A program made the position numbers and the translations under genes. From NCBI GenBank assembly GCA_963769885.1, contig CAVYNH010000004.1, forward strand, positions 32,001 through 96,000: DNA of 64,000 nt, written 5' to 3'. Below, piece after piece: positions 20,930-30,579 of this stretch; position 1 is the first letter of the stretch, and each line of letters opens with the position of its first letter. Under the pieces are notes generated by a model, which did no database searches, was not told where the DNA came from, and was given only the letters and a program-made list of their open reading frames with translations. The DNA comes from Methanobacteriota archaeon (GTDB taxonomy: Archaea; Thermoplasmatota; E2; DHVEG-1).

Positions 20930-21808
20930 TTACGACGTGCTGGGGCGCAGGGGCCGGTTGTTCAGCAGGTTCATGCCTTCTTCGGTGAGCTCGATCTCAT
21001 TGTAGGAGACGTAGTGGAGCATCTCGGCATGGACGAGATTTGCAATCATGTTTTCGAACTCGTTTTTAGTAACGTGGAGGCTGGCGGCGGCGGTGTCCGC
21101 GTCCATATCCTGTATTGAGAGCATCCTGAGAAGTTCGATTTCTTTGTCGGAGAAGTTCAGCCCGGTGGCAGCGGCAGGCGGAAGTGACTCTTCCTCATGG
21201 GTGATGTGGGTGACGTAGCTTTCAATGATGGTGCCGAGGTCGAGGCGATCGAGTTCGTGGCCTTCTTTGTCGTAGAGGACGCAGGTTTTTTTAAGGGGAT
21301 CGAAATTCCAGGATCCGACGTTCTTCCAGGTGTAACCGAGGAGGCTAACGTCGTTTTCGGGTTTGATGGTTTTGCGGCGGTGCTGGCGGTGGAGGTAGCG
21401 TTGTTCGGTCTGGAGGAGGGTGAGGTCGACGTTGTAGGTTTTGAGGGCATTGACGATGTTCTCGCCTGCTTGTTCTTTGAGTTCTTTGAGGAAGAAGAGG
21501 CCGGCTTTGCCGACGAGGTCCATGTAGACGATGCGAATGATTTCTTCGATGACTCTGCCGATCTCGTTTTTGGGGGTTTGGTTGATTTCGGGGCTGACGG
21601 TGACGGTGTCGCTGGTGTTAACTTCAAGGTCGGCAACGGAGACGTGTTTGAGGAATTTGTAGTTTTGTTCGAGGGTTTTGACGATGGCGCCGATGACGGT
21701 GGCGGCGAAGGCTTGGCTGGTGCGTCGGCTAGCGACGGTGTAGACAGCGCGGAGGACCTCTCCGAGAACTTCGGCATGGGTGAGAGTGTTAGGTGTGTTT
21801 TGGGTCAT
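20930..21808 (-). CDS. Hypothetical protein with C-terminal winged-helix-like domain
   Basis: ATG at 21808 overlaps the kinase TGA (ATGA). C-terminus FSDKEIELLRML...LHVTKNEFENMIANLVHAEML...IELTEEG is wHTH-like. Confidence 0.7.
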   Translation of the reverse strand: MTQNTPNTLTHAEVLGEVLRAVYTVASRRTSQAFAATVIGAIVKTLEQNYKFLKHVSVADLEVNTSDTVTVSPEINQTPKNEIGRVIEEIIRIVYMDLVGKAGLFFLKELKEQAGENIVNALKTYNVDLTLLQTEQRYLHRQHRRKTIKPENDVSLLGYTWKNVGSWNFDPLKKTCVLYDKEGHELDRLDLGTIIESYVTHITHEEESLPPAAATGLNFSDKEIELLRMLSIQDMDADTAAASLHVTKNEFENMIANLVHAEMLHYVSYNEIELTEEGMNLLNNRPLRPSTS

Positions 21809-24189
21809 GGTCGTGTGACTGGGGGGTGGAAGTCGACGGTCATCTTGTGGATGTAGGGCAGTTCGATTTTGAAGACGCTGCCCTTGCCGACTTCGCTTTC
21901 CGCCCAAATCCTCCCGTTGTGTTTTCTAATGATTTCTTTGCTGATGAAGAGGCCGAGGCCGGTGCCTTCGTTGTTGCGGTCTTCGCCGGTGTAGGCCTGG
22001 TAAAATTTGGTAAAGATTTTTTTGAGTTCTTCTTTGGAGATGCCGATGCCGGTGTCGGCGACGGTGATTTCGATGGTGGTGTCGTGGTGGGTGGCGTGGA
22101 GGCTGATGGAGCCGGTGTCGGTGAATTTGAGGGCGTTGCCGATGAGGTTTTTCATGACTTGGCTGAGGCGGTTTTTGTCGGCGAGGATGTGGGGGATGTC
22201 GGGGGGGATGTTGAGGTCGAATTCGAGGTGTTTGGCGGTGATGGCGGGTCTGGCGTCTTCGGCGACTTCTTTGAGGAGTTCGGTGGTGTTGAGTTTTTCC
22301 ATGTCGAAGCGCATGGTGTCGCTGTCGAGTCTGGCGACGTCGAGGATGTCGTTGACGAGTTTGAGGAGGCGTTCGGCGTTGCGCAGGCTGATTTTGGCCC
22401 AGTTTTTGATCTTGTCGTTGGCTTCGGGGTCGTGGATGATGAGGTCGAGGTAGCCTTTGATGGGGGTGACGGGGCTGCGGAGTTCGTGGGCGGCGATGTT
22501 CATGAACTCGGTTTTGAGGCGTTCGTTTTTGCGGAGTTCTGCTTCGATTTCGCGGCGTTGGACGATGTCGCGGACGGTGCAGACGACGCCTTGGAATTCG
22601 TTGTCTTTCATGAGGGGGGCCATGTTGACTTCGATGGGGATGACGGTGTTGTCGGCGGCGATGAGTTCGAGTTCGATGTTTTCGATTTTTTCGTTGGTTT
22701 TATGGATGTCGAGGAAGAGTTGTTGAAGGAAGTAGATGGAGTCTTCGAGGAGGAAGGTGCGGAGGGGGGCGGTGAGGATTTGGTCTGTGGTGCGGCCGAG
22801 GAGGCGTTCGAAGGCGGGGTTGGCGTAGGTGATGCGGCCGAGAGCGTCGGTGGTGAAGACGCCGTCGGCGCTGGTCTCGGCGAGGACGCGGTAGCGTTCC
22901 TCGGATTTGACGAGGTCGTCCCAGACTGTGTGGCGGTCGGTGATGTCTTCGATGGTGCCGACGATGGCGTGGGGCTGGTGTTTGGGGTCGAAGAGGACGA
23001 CGCTGGTGTTGCTGAGCCAGCAGTAGTCCTTGTTTTTTTTCTGGAAGCGGAATTCGAAGGGCTGGGGCTTGTCTTTCTTGGCTGCGTAGGTGCTCTGTTC
23101 TTTTATTTTATTGAGGACGGTGGCGCGGTCGTCGGGGTGGAAGTGGTCGATGATGGTTGCAGAGGTCCAGGCGAGGATTTCGTCGGGGGGGATGCCGAGG
23201 ATGGTCTGGGTTGAGGGGCTGACGTATTCGAAGGTCTGTTTTTTGAAGTTCATTTTGTAGAGGATGTCGTGGGAGTGGTCGAGGACGGTTTGGAAGCGGC
23301 GTTGGCTGTCGGTGAGGTCTTTGATGGCGTTTTTGTACGGGGTGATGTCGGTGCAGGTGAACATGAGGTGGCGGGGGATGCCGAGGGGGTCGTCGATGCG
23401 GGTCCCGGTGAGTTGGAGGGGGATGAGGGTTTTGTTTTTTCTGATGCCGGTGGCTTCGCCGGTCCAGTGACCGGTGGCGAGGACGTCAGCGCTGAGGGGC
23501 GTCTTGTTCTTGGTTTTAATGAGGGCGTCGATGTGTACGGAAGTGAGGTCGGTGAGGCGCTCGTAGCCCCATTGGTGTTGGAAGGCGGGGTTGGCGTATG
23601 TAAGGGTGCCGTCGAGGGTGGTGAAGGTGATGGCGGTGGGGGTGACGAGGATGGCCGCCTCGGCGAGTGCGCCGGCTGCTTGGTGTGGGCCCTGGGTGGT
23701 GGTCGTGGGGTCGGGTTGGCAGTGGATGAGGTAGCCGTGGGTGTCGGTGGCGGTATGGATCTTGGTGACGGTGAGGGTGGCGGGGATTGGTGTGGATCTG
23801 CCGGTGTGGAGTCGTGTCTGGTAGGTGGCGCGGGTGTGGGGTTGGGTGGTGATCTGGGTCGCGGTCTGTTTAGAGTCTGGGGCGAGGAGATGGTCGAAGG
23901 GGAGCAGGAGGAGGTCGGTGCGGTTGGTGTGGAGGAGTTTCTGGGCGGCGGTGTTCCAGGAGATGATGCGGCGGTGGTCGTCGAGGAGGAGGGTGGGGGT
24001 GGGGGCGTTGTCGAAGAGGATTTTGAGGATTTGTTGTTCGTCGGAGCCGTTGAAGCTGCCGAGGATGGGAGGCTTGTGGTCGGTGGGCTCTGCCTGGATG
24101 GCGGGGGGGCTGGTGGGGCGTCTGCTGGGGAGTCGCCCTGCTCGTTCTTCTGCTTGGAGTTCTTCGACGATGGCTGGTACCTTTCTCAT
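21805..24189 (-). CDS. Soluble multi-PAS sensor histidine kinase
   Basis: About 4 PAS domains, H-box AAHELRSP, N-box NLIGNALKF, DTGIG and GTGLGL; no TM segment. Confidence 0.95.
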   Translation of the reverse strand: MRKVPAIVEELQAEERAGRLPSRRPTSPPAIQAEPTDHKPPILGSFNGSDEQQILKILFDNAPTPTLLLDDHRRIISWNTAAQKLLHTNRTDLLLLPFDHLLAPDSKQTATQITTQPHTRATYQTRLHTGRSTPIPATLTVTKIHTATDTHGYLIHCQPDPTTTTQGPHQAAGALAEAAILVTPTAITFTTLDGTLTYANPAFQHQWGYERLTDLTSVHIDALIKTKNKTPLSADVLATGHWTGEATGIRKNKTLIPLQLTGTRIDDPLGIPRHLMFTCTDITPYKNAIKDLTDSQRRFQTVLDHSHDILYKMNFKKQTFEYVSPSTQTILGIPPDEILAWTSATIIDHFHPDDRATVLNKIKEQSTYAAKKDKPQPFEFRFQKKNKDYCWLSNTSVVLFDPKHQPHAIVGTIEDITDRHTVWDDLVKSEERYRVLAETSADGVFTTDALGRITYANPAFERLLGRTTDQILTAPLRTFLLEDSIYFLQQLFLDIHKTNEKIENIELELIAADNTVIPIEVNMAPLMKDNEFQGVVCTVRDIVQRREIEAELRKNERLKTEFMNIAAHELRSPVTPIKGYLDLIIHDPEANDKIKNWAKISLRNAERLLKLVNDILDVARLDSDTMRFDMEKLNTTELLKEVAEDARPAITAKHLEFDLNIPPDIPHILADKNRLSQVMKNLIGNALKFTDTGSISLHATHHDTTIEITVADTGIGISKEELKKIFTKFYQAYTGEDRNNEGTGLGLFISKEIIRKHNGRIWAESEVGKGSVFKIELPYIHKMTVDFHPPVTRP

Positions 24190-24291
24190 GGTCCTCTAGC
24201 TAGGGTGGTTGGTCAGTATGGATCCCATCCGGTGTGTGTCCCGTGCCTGCATCCCGTGGCCGGGGGTGTTGGTAAGGTGGTGTGAATCGGG

Positions 24292-24654
24292 TTATCCTTT
24301 TAAAATCTTGTCGACGCGTTGGAGGAGGGTTTCTTTGTCGAAGGGTTTCATGATGTAGTCGGCGAGGCCTTCGTCGAGGAGGACTTGTTTGCGTTTGTCG
24401 GAGATCTCCAGGACGCTCATGAAGGCGACTTTGATGCCCTGGTTTTTTTTCTTGATGCGGTTGAAGACGTCCCAGCCGCTCATGCCGGGCATCATGATGT
24501 CGAGGAGGACGAGGTCGACCTGTTCGCCTTCCAGCTTGCGGAGGGCTTCTTCGCCGCTGTACCAGGGTACGACCGTGTAGCCGCCGAGTTCCAATACTGT
24601 GCGCGTGAGATCGACGATGTCGGGTTCATTGTCGACGACCATGATTTTTTTCAT
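24292..24654 (-). CDS. Stand-alone response regulator receiver
   Basis: IMVVDN, LLDIMMPGMSG and YIMKPF motifs; 120 aa with no output domain. Confidence 0.95.
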   Translation of the reverse strand: MKKIMVVDNEPDIVDLTRTVLELGGYTVVPWYSGEEALRKLEGEQVDLVLLDIMMPGMSGWDVFNRIKKKNQGIKVAFMSVLEISDKRKQVLLDEGLADYIMKPFDKETLLQRVDKILKG

Positions 24655-24790
24655 GCATCCGTCTCCTCAGGGTCGTAAGCCTCTGTGCGGTATAAGAACG
24701 TATCGTTTTTCCCCCCTGACCGCGAGCCGGTAGTAGCCGGGGGGAAGAAAAAGTATAAATCTGGCATCGCCGATATGACAGGCTGTTGGG

Positions 24791-25246
24791 ATGGGACCCA
24801 TGGAGCATGTACCAATCCTTCTTTCGCTCGGCGTTGAAAAAGATGCGCAGACCAACGAGTTGGTCCTGCAGGTGATTTTCCGTCACGATGCCGTGAACAT
24901 CGGGGTGACGAAGTCTGCGTTCACCTGGTATCCTACGGCGGAGGAGCTGCAGTTTCTGAACGAGGCTTTCGCGATGTTCAAGCGTCCCAGCGAGGCCGCG
25001 CCTGCGCATGAGCATCATCCGACGATCGGCAAGGATCCATCGATTCGGGACACCGCGACGGACGAGGAGATCCACGCGGCGGTTGTCGCCAAGAAAAAGG
25101 AGGAAGACCAGGATCAGGTCCTCGTCCAAGTCGACGACACGCTCATCGACGAGGCGATCAAGCGGCGTAAGAGCACGGACGAGCCTCCCAAGACCACGGA
25201 GGAGTCCCTCGTCGACCGGCTCACCCGAAAAAAGAAGACCGCTTAA
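24791..25246 (+). CDS. Hypothetical protein
   Basis: Plausible 151-aa ORF divergent from the receiver gene, host-like codon use. Confidence 0.65.
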   Translation: MGPMEHVPILLSLGVEKDAQTNELVLQVIFRHDAVNIGVTKSAFTWYPTAEELQFLNEAFAMFKRPSEAAPAHEHHPTIGKDPSIRDTATDEEIHAAVVAKKKEEDQDQVLVQVDDTLIDEAIKRRKSTDEPPKTTEESLVDRLTRKKKTA

Positions 25247-26043
25247 TGAGTCTTGGTCGCCATCCGGCTGTCTATCCCATGTTTTTGGCAGAGATGTTCG
25301 ATGCGTGATCCGAGTCGGTTGAGGTAGCCTGGGTCTGGGGAGATTGCGTTTTCGTACCAGCGTCGGTACCACGGGAGGGCCAATGGGAACTCCTCCGCCA
25401 GTATCTGCAGGAACCGGTCTCGCTGCTCGCCTTTCAACTCCAGGTGCTTATACAGGAGGAACGAGGCGTGTGCCTCCGCGGCCGCGGCGACGGTTGCCTC
25501 TAGGTCAGGCTCGGCGAGCAACGGGAGGAACGGCATCAGCGCTACTCCAGCGTTTATCTCATGAGAACGAAGTGTCCGTACGAGATCGAGCCGCTGCAGC
25601 GGAGAGACGACCCCGGGTTCAAAGGCCGCCGCCAGCACCAGGCTCGTGGACAGGAGGCTGACCGCCACCGTACAATCAAAGGACGAAATCAATGGGAGGT
25701 CGCGCAGGACCAAAGGGGACTTAGTGAGGATATTACATGGGAACCCATGGTCACGGAGGACTTCAAGGATCGCCCGCGACAGCCCTCGCTGCTCCTCGAC
25801 CGGCTGATAGGGGTCATGGACGGAGCCGAGGATCACGCGACCACGCGGAAGATGCTCTAATTCCTTGACGAGCACCTCAACGGCATTGACCTTGATGTCG
25901 ACCGTGTCCACGGAGGAGTCGCAGTAGCGGCATCCCAAGGCACAGGACCGGTACGGGTCGACGGTATACTTCCCATGGAAAAGGGTATCTGGCCTCGTGA
26001 TGATCTTGAGGCAATGGCTGCAGGCGACGTCCCGGTACTGCAT
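25243..26043 (-). CDS. Radical SAM protein (SPL-like family)
   Basis: DPYRSCALGCRYC (CxxxCxxC), DPYQP and ILTKS motifs. Confidence 0.88.
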   Translation of the reverse strand: MQYRDVACSHCLKIITRPDTLFHGKYTVDPYRSCALGCRYCDSSVDTVDIKVNAVEVLVKELEHLPRGRVILGSVHDPYQPVEEQRGLSRAILEVLRDHGFPCNILTKSPLVLRDLPLISSFDCTVAVSLLSTSLVLAAAFEPGVVSPLQRLDLVRTLRSHEINAGVALMPFLPLLAEPDLEATVAAAAEAHASFLLYKHLELKGEQRDRFLQILAEEFPLALPWYRRWYENAISPDPGYLNRLGSRIEHLCQKHGIDSRMATKTH

Positions 26044-26046
26044 CGC

Positions 26047-27771
26047 TCACATTTCCTCTGGGGCTGCAATCCCGAGAATCCCTAGACCGTTGGCCAGGAC
26101 AATGCGAGATGCTTCGACCAGCGAGAGCCGTGAGGCCCGCAGCATCTGCGTCGTCTCCGAGAGCACGGGGCAGTCCCGGTAGAACTGGTTGAAGGCGGCG
26201 GCGACCTCGTACACGTAGTTGGCGACGAGGTTAGGCCGCCGGCCCTGACAGGCCTCGTCGATGACAACGGGAAACCGCATCAACAGGTCAAGCAACACGG
26301 TCTCAGATGGATGAGTCAGCCGTGTGGCTTCGAAGGAAAATTTCTTGGTCTTGGCCTTATGGAGGATGCTGCAGGCGCGGGCGTGCGCGTACTGAAGGAA
26401 GGGGACCGCGTTGCCCTCGAAGTTGAGGGCCTCCTCCCATTTGAAGACGATGTCCTTCTCAGGCTGCACCCTGATGATGTTGTAGCGGAGGGCGCCGATG
26501 CCGACCTGCTCCGCGATGGACCGCATCCGGTCCTCGGAGAGCTCCTGGCCGCGCCGTTTCCGCACCTCTTCCAGAGCGCGGGCGATGCATTCGTCGATGA
26601 GATCATCAAGGTAGACGACCCGACCGCGCCGAGTGGACATCTTACCACCTGGTAGTGAGACGAATGAGTAAAATACAGCCTGGGGCTGCGGCTTGATGTC
26701 CAGTAGGGTAAGTGCGATTTCAACCTGACGGCTCTCTAGTCTATGGTCTTCACCAAGGACGTTGACCAAGCGGTCAGCCTGCGTGGCTTTCCAGCGATGA
26801 TAGGCGACGTCCCTGGTCGCGTAGAGTGTGGTCCCGTCTTTGCGCAGGAAGAAGAACTTGGTATTGCGGCCGTGGACGCCGTAGGGTTCGAGGTCGAGGT
26901 AGAAGGCGCCTTCCTCTTCATGGCTGTACGGCGTCTGTTTCAGCCCGTTGACGATGGTCTCGACGCCGCCGTCGAGGACGAAGCGGGACTCCGGGATGTA
27001 GTCATCGATATGGATATGGATGCGCTGCAGGCTCTCCTGGATTCCGCGCAGGACCGGAGTGTAGGCATCATGGACCTGCTTCAGGGTGTGTTTGTTGCCG
27101 TGTTCAAGCTGCTGGATCAGGGCGTTGATTTCTTCAGCAACGCTGGGTTCCTGTTCCATGAGTTCGTTGGCTTTTTGATAGTAGCCGACGAGGCGGTGGT
27201 CTTCCTTGTCGACCTCGGGAGCGGGAATAGTCTTGGCGTCGAGGTGCTGGATGCCCCAGGCGAGGATCGCGACCTGTTTGCCCATGTCGTCGAGGTAGAA
27301 CTGGGCGGTGGTGGTGTAGCCGTCGGCCTTGAATAGCCGGACGAGGGTGTCGCCGATGATAGGGTTCCGGGCGCGGCCGACGTGCAGCGGCCCGTTGGGG
27401 TTGGCTGAGGTGTGTTCGATGATGACGGTCTCGTGGCGTGGGTCGTGGTGGCCGTAGGAGTCTTTCTGTTTGAGGATGAGGCTGAGGGTCGCGTCGGCGA
27501 GGCGGGCTCTGTTGAGATGGAAGTTGACGTAGCCGCCCCTGGCTTCGACGTGGTCGAGCCAGGGGCCGGGCGTGAGTGTTTTGGCGATGGTTTCGGCGAT
27601 GGCCTGTGGGGCTTTTTTCAATATGGGGGCGAGGGTGAAGCAGGGGAAGGCGAATTGGCCCATCCCGGCGGGGGGCGTCTCTAGCCGGATCTCGGCGGGG
27701 TACTGCAGGCGTTTGAGGGCGCCCGCAAGGGCGCGGGTGAGCTCGCGTTTGCACTCCTCGAGTGGGTACAT
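26047..27771 (-). CDS. argS: Arginine--tRNA ligase
   Basis: EHTSANPNGPLHVGRARN, KMSTRRG, LQYAHAR, FNQFY and C-terminal APEEM. Confidence 0.97.
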   Translation of the reverse strand: MYPLEECKRELTRALAGALKRLQYPAEIRLETPPAGMGQFAFPCFTLAPILKKAPQAIAETIAKTLTPGPWLDHVEARGGYVNFHLNRARLADATLSLILKQKDSYGHHDPRHETVIIEHTSANPNGPLHVGRARNPIIGDTLVRLFKADGYTTTAQFYLDDMGKQVAILAWGIQHLDAKTIPAPEVDKEDHRLVGYYQKANELMEQEPSVAEEINALIQQLEHGNKHTLKQVHDAYTPVLRGIQESLQRIHIHIDDYIPESRFVLDGGVETIVNGLKQTPYSHEEEGAFYLDLEPYGVHGRNTKFFFLRKDGTTLYATRDVAYHRWKATQADRLVNVLGEDHRLESRQVEIALTLLDIKPQPQAVFYSFVSLPGGKMSTRRGRVVYLDDLIDECIARALEEVRKRRGQELSEDRMRSIAEQVGIGALRYNIIRVQPEKDIVFKWEEALNFEGNAVPFLQYAHARACSILHKAKTKKFSFEATRLTHPSETVLLDLLMRFPVVIDEACQGRRPNLVANYVYEVAAAFNQFYRDCPVLSETTQMLRASRLSLVEASRIVLANGLGILGIAAPEEM

Positions 27772-27939
27772 CGTCGGGTGGAAACCGTCCGCCGCTATTT
27801 AAATAATCGGGCGGCCCGCCGCCTCAACGAATTTAATCTCGAAGAGAATATTTAAATAGACTTGCAGCCTATTGATTATCTATTCATCAACGACACGTTT
27901 TAATACCATCGGGTATTAAGCGGGCGCAAGGGGATAATC

Positions 27940-30128
27940 ATGAAAAACGTTCTCAATAGGCCACGCCAGATGATGTTCATTCTCGGTCTTGTGACCCTGC
28001 TTCTCGCCACCTCGCTGCCAGGGGAGCTGTCGCGAACCCCACCAGCATGACCCTGACGGAGACCTACCAGTTCTCGACGCCGGCCCTTGGTCAGACGGCG
28101 GTCAACGGCGAGACCTACGACACCGTCTCGCTGCCGGACGGCACCGGCGGCCGATCCGTCGGAGAGCCGGACCTCCCCAGCCGCGGCGCCTCCCTGCTCC
28201 TCCCGCAAGGAACAGCGGTGGCCAGCATCGACATCACGCCTGGCGCTCCCATCGTTCTCGGCACCGGGTTCCATGTCATCCCTGTCCGCACCCCGGTGAA
28301 GCTCTCCGAGACAACGCAGACCGCCCCTGCACTTACCTTTGATTCCTCCATTTACGGCGGCGTTGACGCCTTCCCCGAAAGCCTCATCGAAGACCTCGGC
28401 ATCCAATCCTTCCGCGGCTACAACATCCTAGAGCTTGCCCTCAGCCCCGTGCAGTACCTTCCCGCCACCGGAACCCTACGCTTCTACCCTTCCCTGTCGG
28501 TCACCGTGCATCTGCAGTCGGCACCGGCCAACCCCCTCTTCCGTGGCCGGTCGGATGACGAGGTCATGGCACGGGAGAAGGTCGACAACCCTGAGGCTCT
28601 CGCCTCCTATCCGCTCCTCCCCGCCCCCGCCTCCAATGATTCGTACTCCCTCCTCATCCTCACGACCGATACGTTGAGGACTAATTTCGAGCCTCTCAAG
28701 GACGCCCACAACGCCAAGGGGTTGCCGACTCAGATCAAGACCCTCAGTGAGATTTCCTCAAAGGCCCTCACCGCCTCGGCCATCCGAGATTTCATCCGCC
28801 AGGAATACCTCACCAACGGCATCGAATACGTCCTCATCGGGGGCGATGACAACGTGGTCCCCGCCCAGTACCTTTACGTCCTGGCATGGACCGGGGGAGA
28901 CAGCGATCAGCTCCCTTCAGACCTCTTCTACGAATGCCTCGATGGGACCTATGACTACAACAACAACGAGATCTTCGGGGAATCGCACGATGGGCCTGGC
29001 GGCCGTGACGTCGACCTCTACGGCGAGGTCTCCGTCGGCCGCGCCTGCGTCGGCACTGCCGCCGAAGCCGACTTCTTCGTCCAGAAAACCGTCGCCTACC
29101 TCCAAAGCTCGGGGATCACGAGCGGCCCCTGCCTGATGGTCGGGGAGTACCTCTGGGAGAAGCCTGATACCTACGGGGACGACTACATGGAGGAGCTCGT
29201 CAACGGCTCGACCTCCTACTACACGACGGTAGGCATCCCGGCGAGCCAATACACGATGAGCAGATTATACGACAGACTCTGGAACTACCCACCGGGGTGG
29301 CCAGGTACTGAGCTCATCAGCCGCGTGAACGCTGGTGTTCGGCTCATCAACCATCTCGGTCACTCCTCCTCAGATTATAACATGCGGATCGTCAACGATG
29401 ATGTTGACGCTTTGACGAACACGGTGCTCCCGTTCGTGTACTCACAGGGATGCTACGCGGGCGCTTTCGATGCTGACGACTGCATCGCGGAGCACTGGAC
29501 GGTTAAGACCGCCCATGCGGGCTTCGCGGTCATCATGTGCGCCCGCTACGGGTGGGGCGTCGTCGGTAGCACCGACGGGGCGAACCAGCGGTACCACCGC
29601 TATTTCTGGGACGCGGTCTTCGCGCAGAACATCACCAGCATCGAGAAAGTAAACCAGTACTCCAAAGAGAAGAACGTCCATAAGATCAACGGCTCCTGCA
29701 TGCGCTGGGTCTACTACGAGATGAACCTGTTCGGCGACCCCGCCCTGGAGTTCTTCCCGACAGAGAACCAGGCTCCCGTGAAGCCTGCGGCGCCGAAAGG
29801 CACCGCCCAGGGGACGCTCAACACGAACTATGTCTTCAATGCCTCGACAACCGACCCGGACGGCGACCGGCTCTACTATAAATTCAGCTTCGGGGACGGC
29901 ACTTTCAGCGCCTGGCTCGGCCCGTATAACTCCGGCACAGAAGTCAAGGTCTCCCACAACTGGACGAAGCGGGGCACCTACAACGTCCAGGTCCGCGCCA
30001 TGGACACGCATCGCCAGCAGAGCGACTGGTCCGACCCGCTCCCGGTGAAGATGCCGTACCGCCCGCACTGGCTCGACATCCTAGTTAGAATCCTGGCGTT
30101 CTTCCAGCACCTCTTCCTCCCAAGTTAG
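27940..30128 (+). CDS. Peptidase C25 (gingipain-like) with propeptide and PKD domain; signal peptide out of frame (frameshift near 28021)
   Basis: YVLIGGD, SDLFY, VGRA, NHLGHS, SQGCYAG, LFGDP and PKD. ATG 27940 encodes a signal peptide in a different frame from the 28047 ORF. Confidence 0.88.
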
Positions 30129-30160
30129 AAAACAAAAAAAGAAGAGGCCCTGGGAACACG

Positions 30161-30421
30161 TTAGGTGATCATGGGGTCAAAGGGATCCCCGGCGGTCGGC
30201 CGAGGAGGCTTGACTGCTGACGGCCCATCCATCCGCCTCGCGACCACGGCAAGGACGTGCTTCTCCACCAGCTCGACGTGCCGGCGGCTGAGGTTCTCCT
30301 TGCGCAGGATGATCTCCCCGCACTCGTTGTAGACCTCGATGACGCCTTTCTCTGGGTCGGCGATGACCCTATAGGTCTTCCCCTTGGATTTCGTCCAAAC
30401 CCAGACGTGCTCGCTGCCCAT
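30161..30421 (-). CDS. Small hypothetical protein, paralog of 34183..34413
   Basis: Shares WxW, ExG, Y(N/D)E, R(K/R)xxLS and (R/K)R(M/L)D with the paralog; AT-rich promoter upstream. Confidence 0.8.
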   Translation of the reverse strand: MGSEHVWVWTKSKGKTYRVIADPEKGVIEVYNECGEIILRKENLSRRHVELVEKHVLAVVARRMDGPSAVKPPRPTAGDPFDPMIT

Positions 30422-30579
30422 ATGAATGAATCCCGCATTTTTATTAATATAAGGAGAAAGTTATTTTAATGACTATTTAAACCTTGCCCCTTTTCCAAAG
30501 AGAGAAGCTTCCGGATTGGCATTCCGTCACCCTATCTTTATATATGATTCATAGAAGAACCTACATCGGGTAAGGAGAG

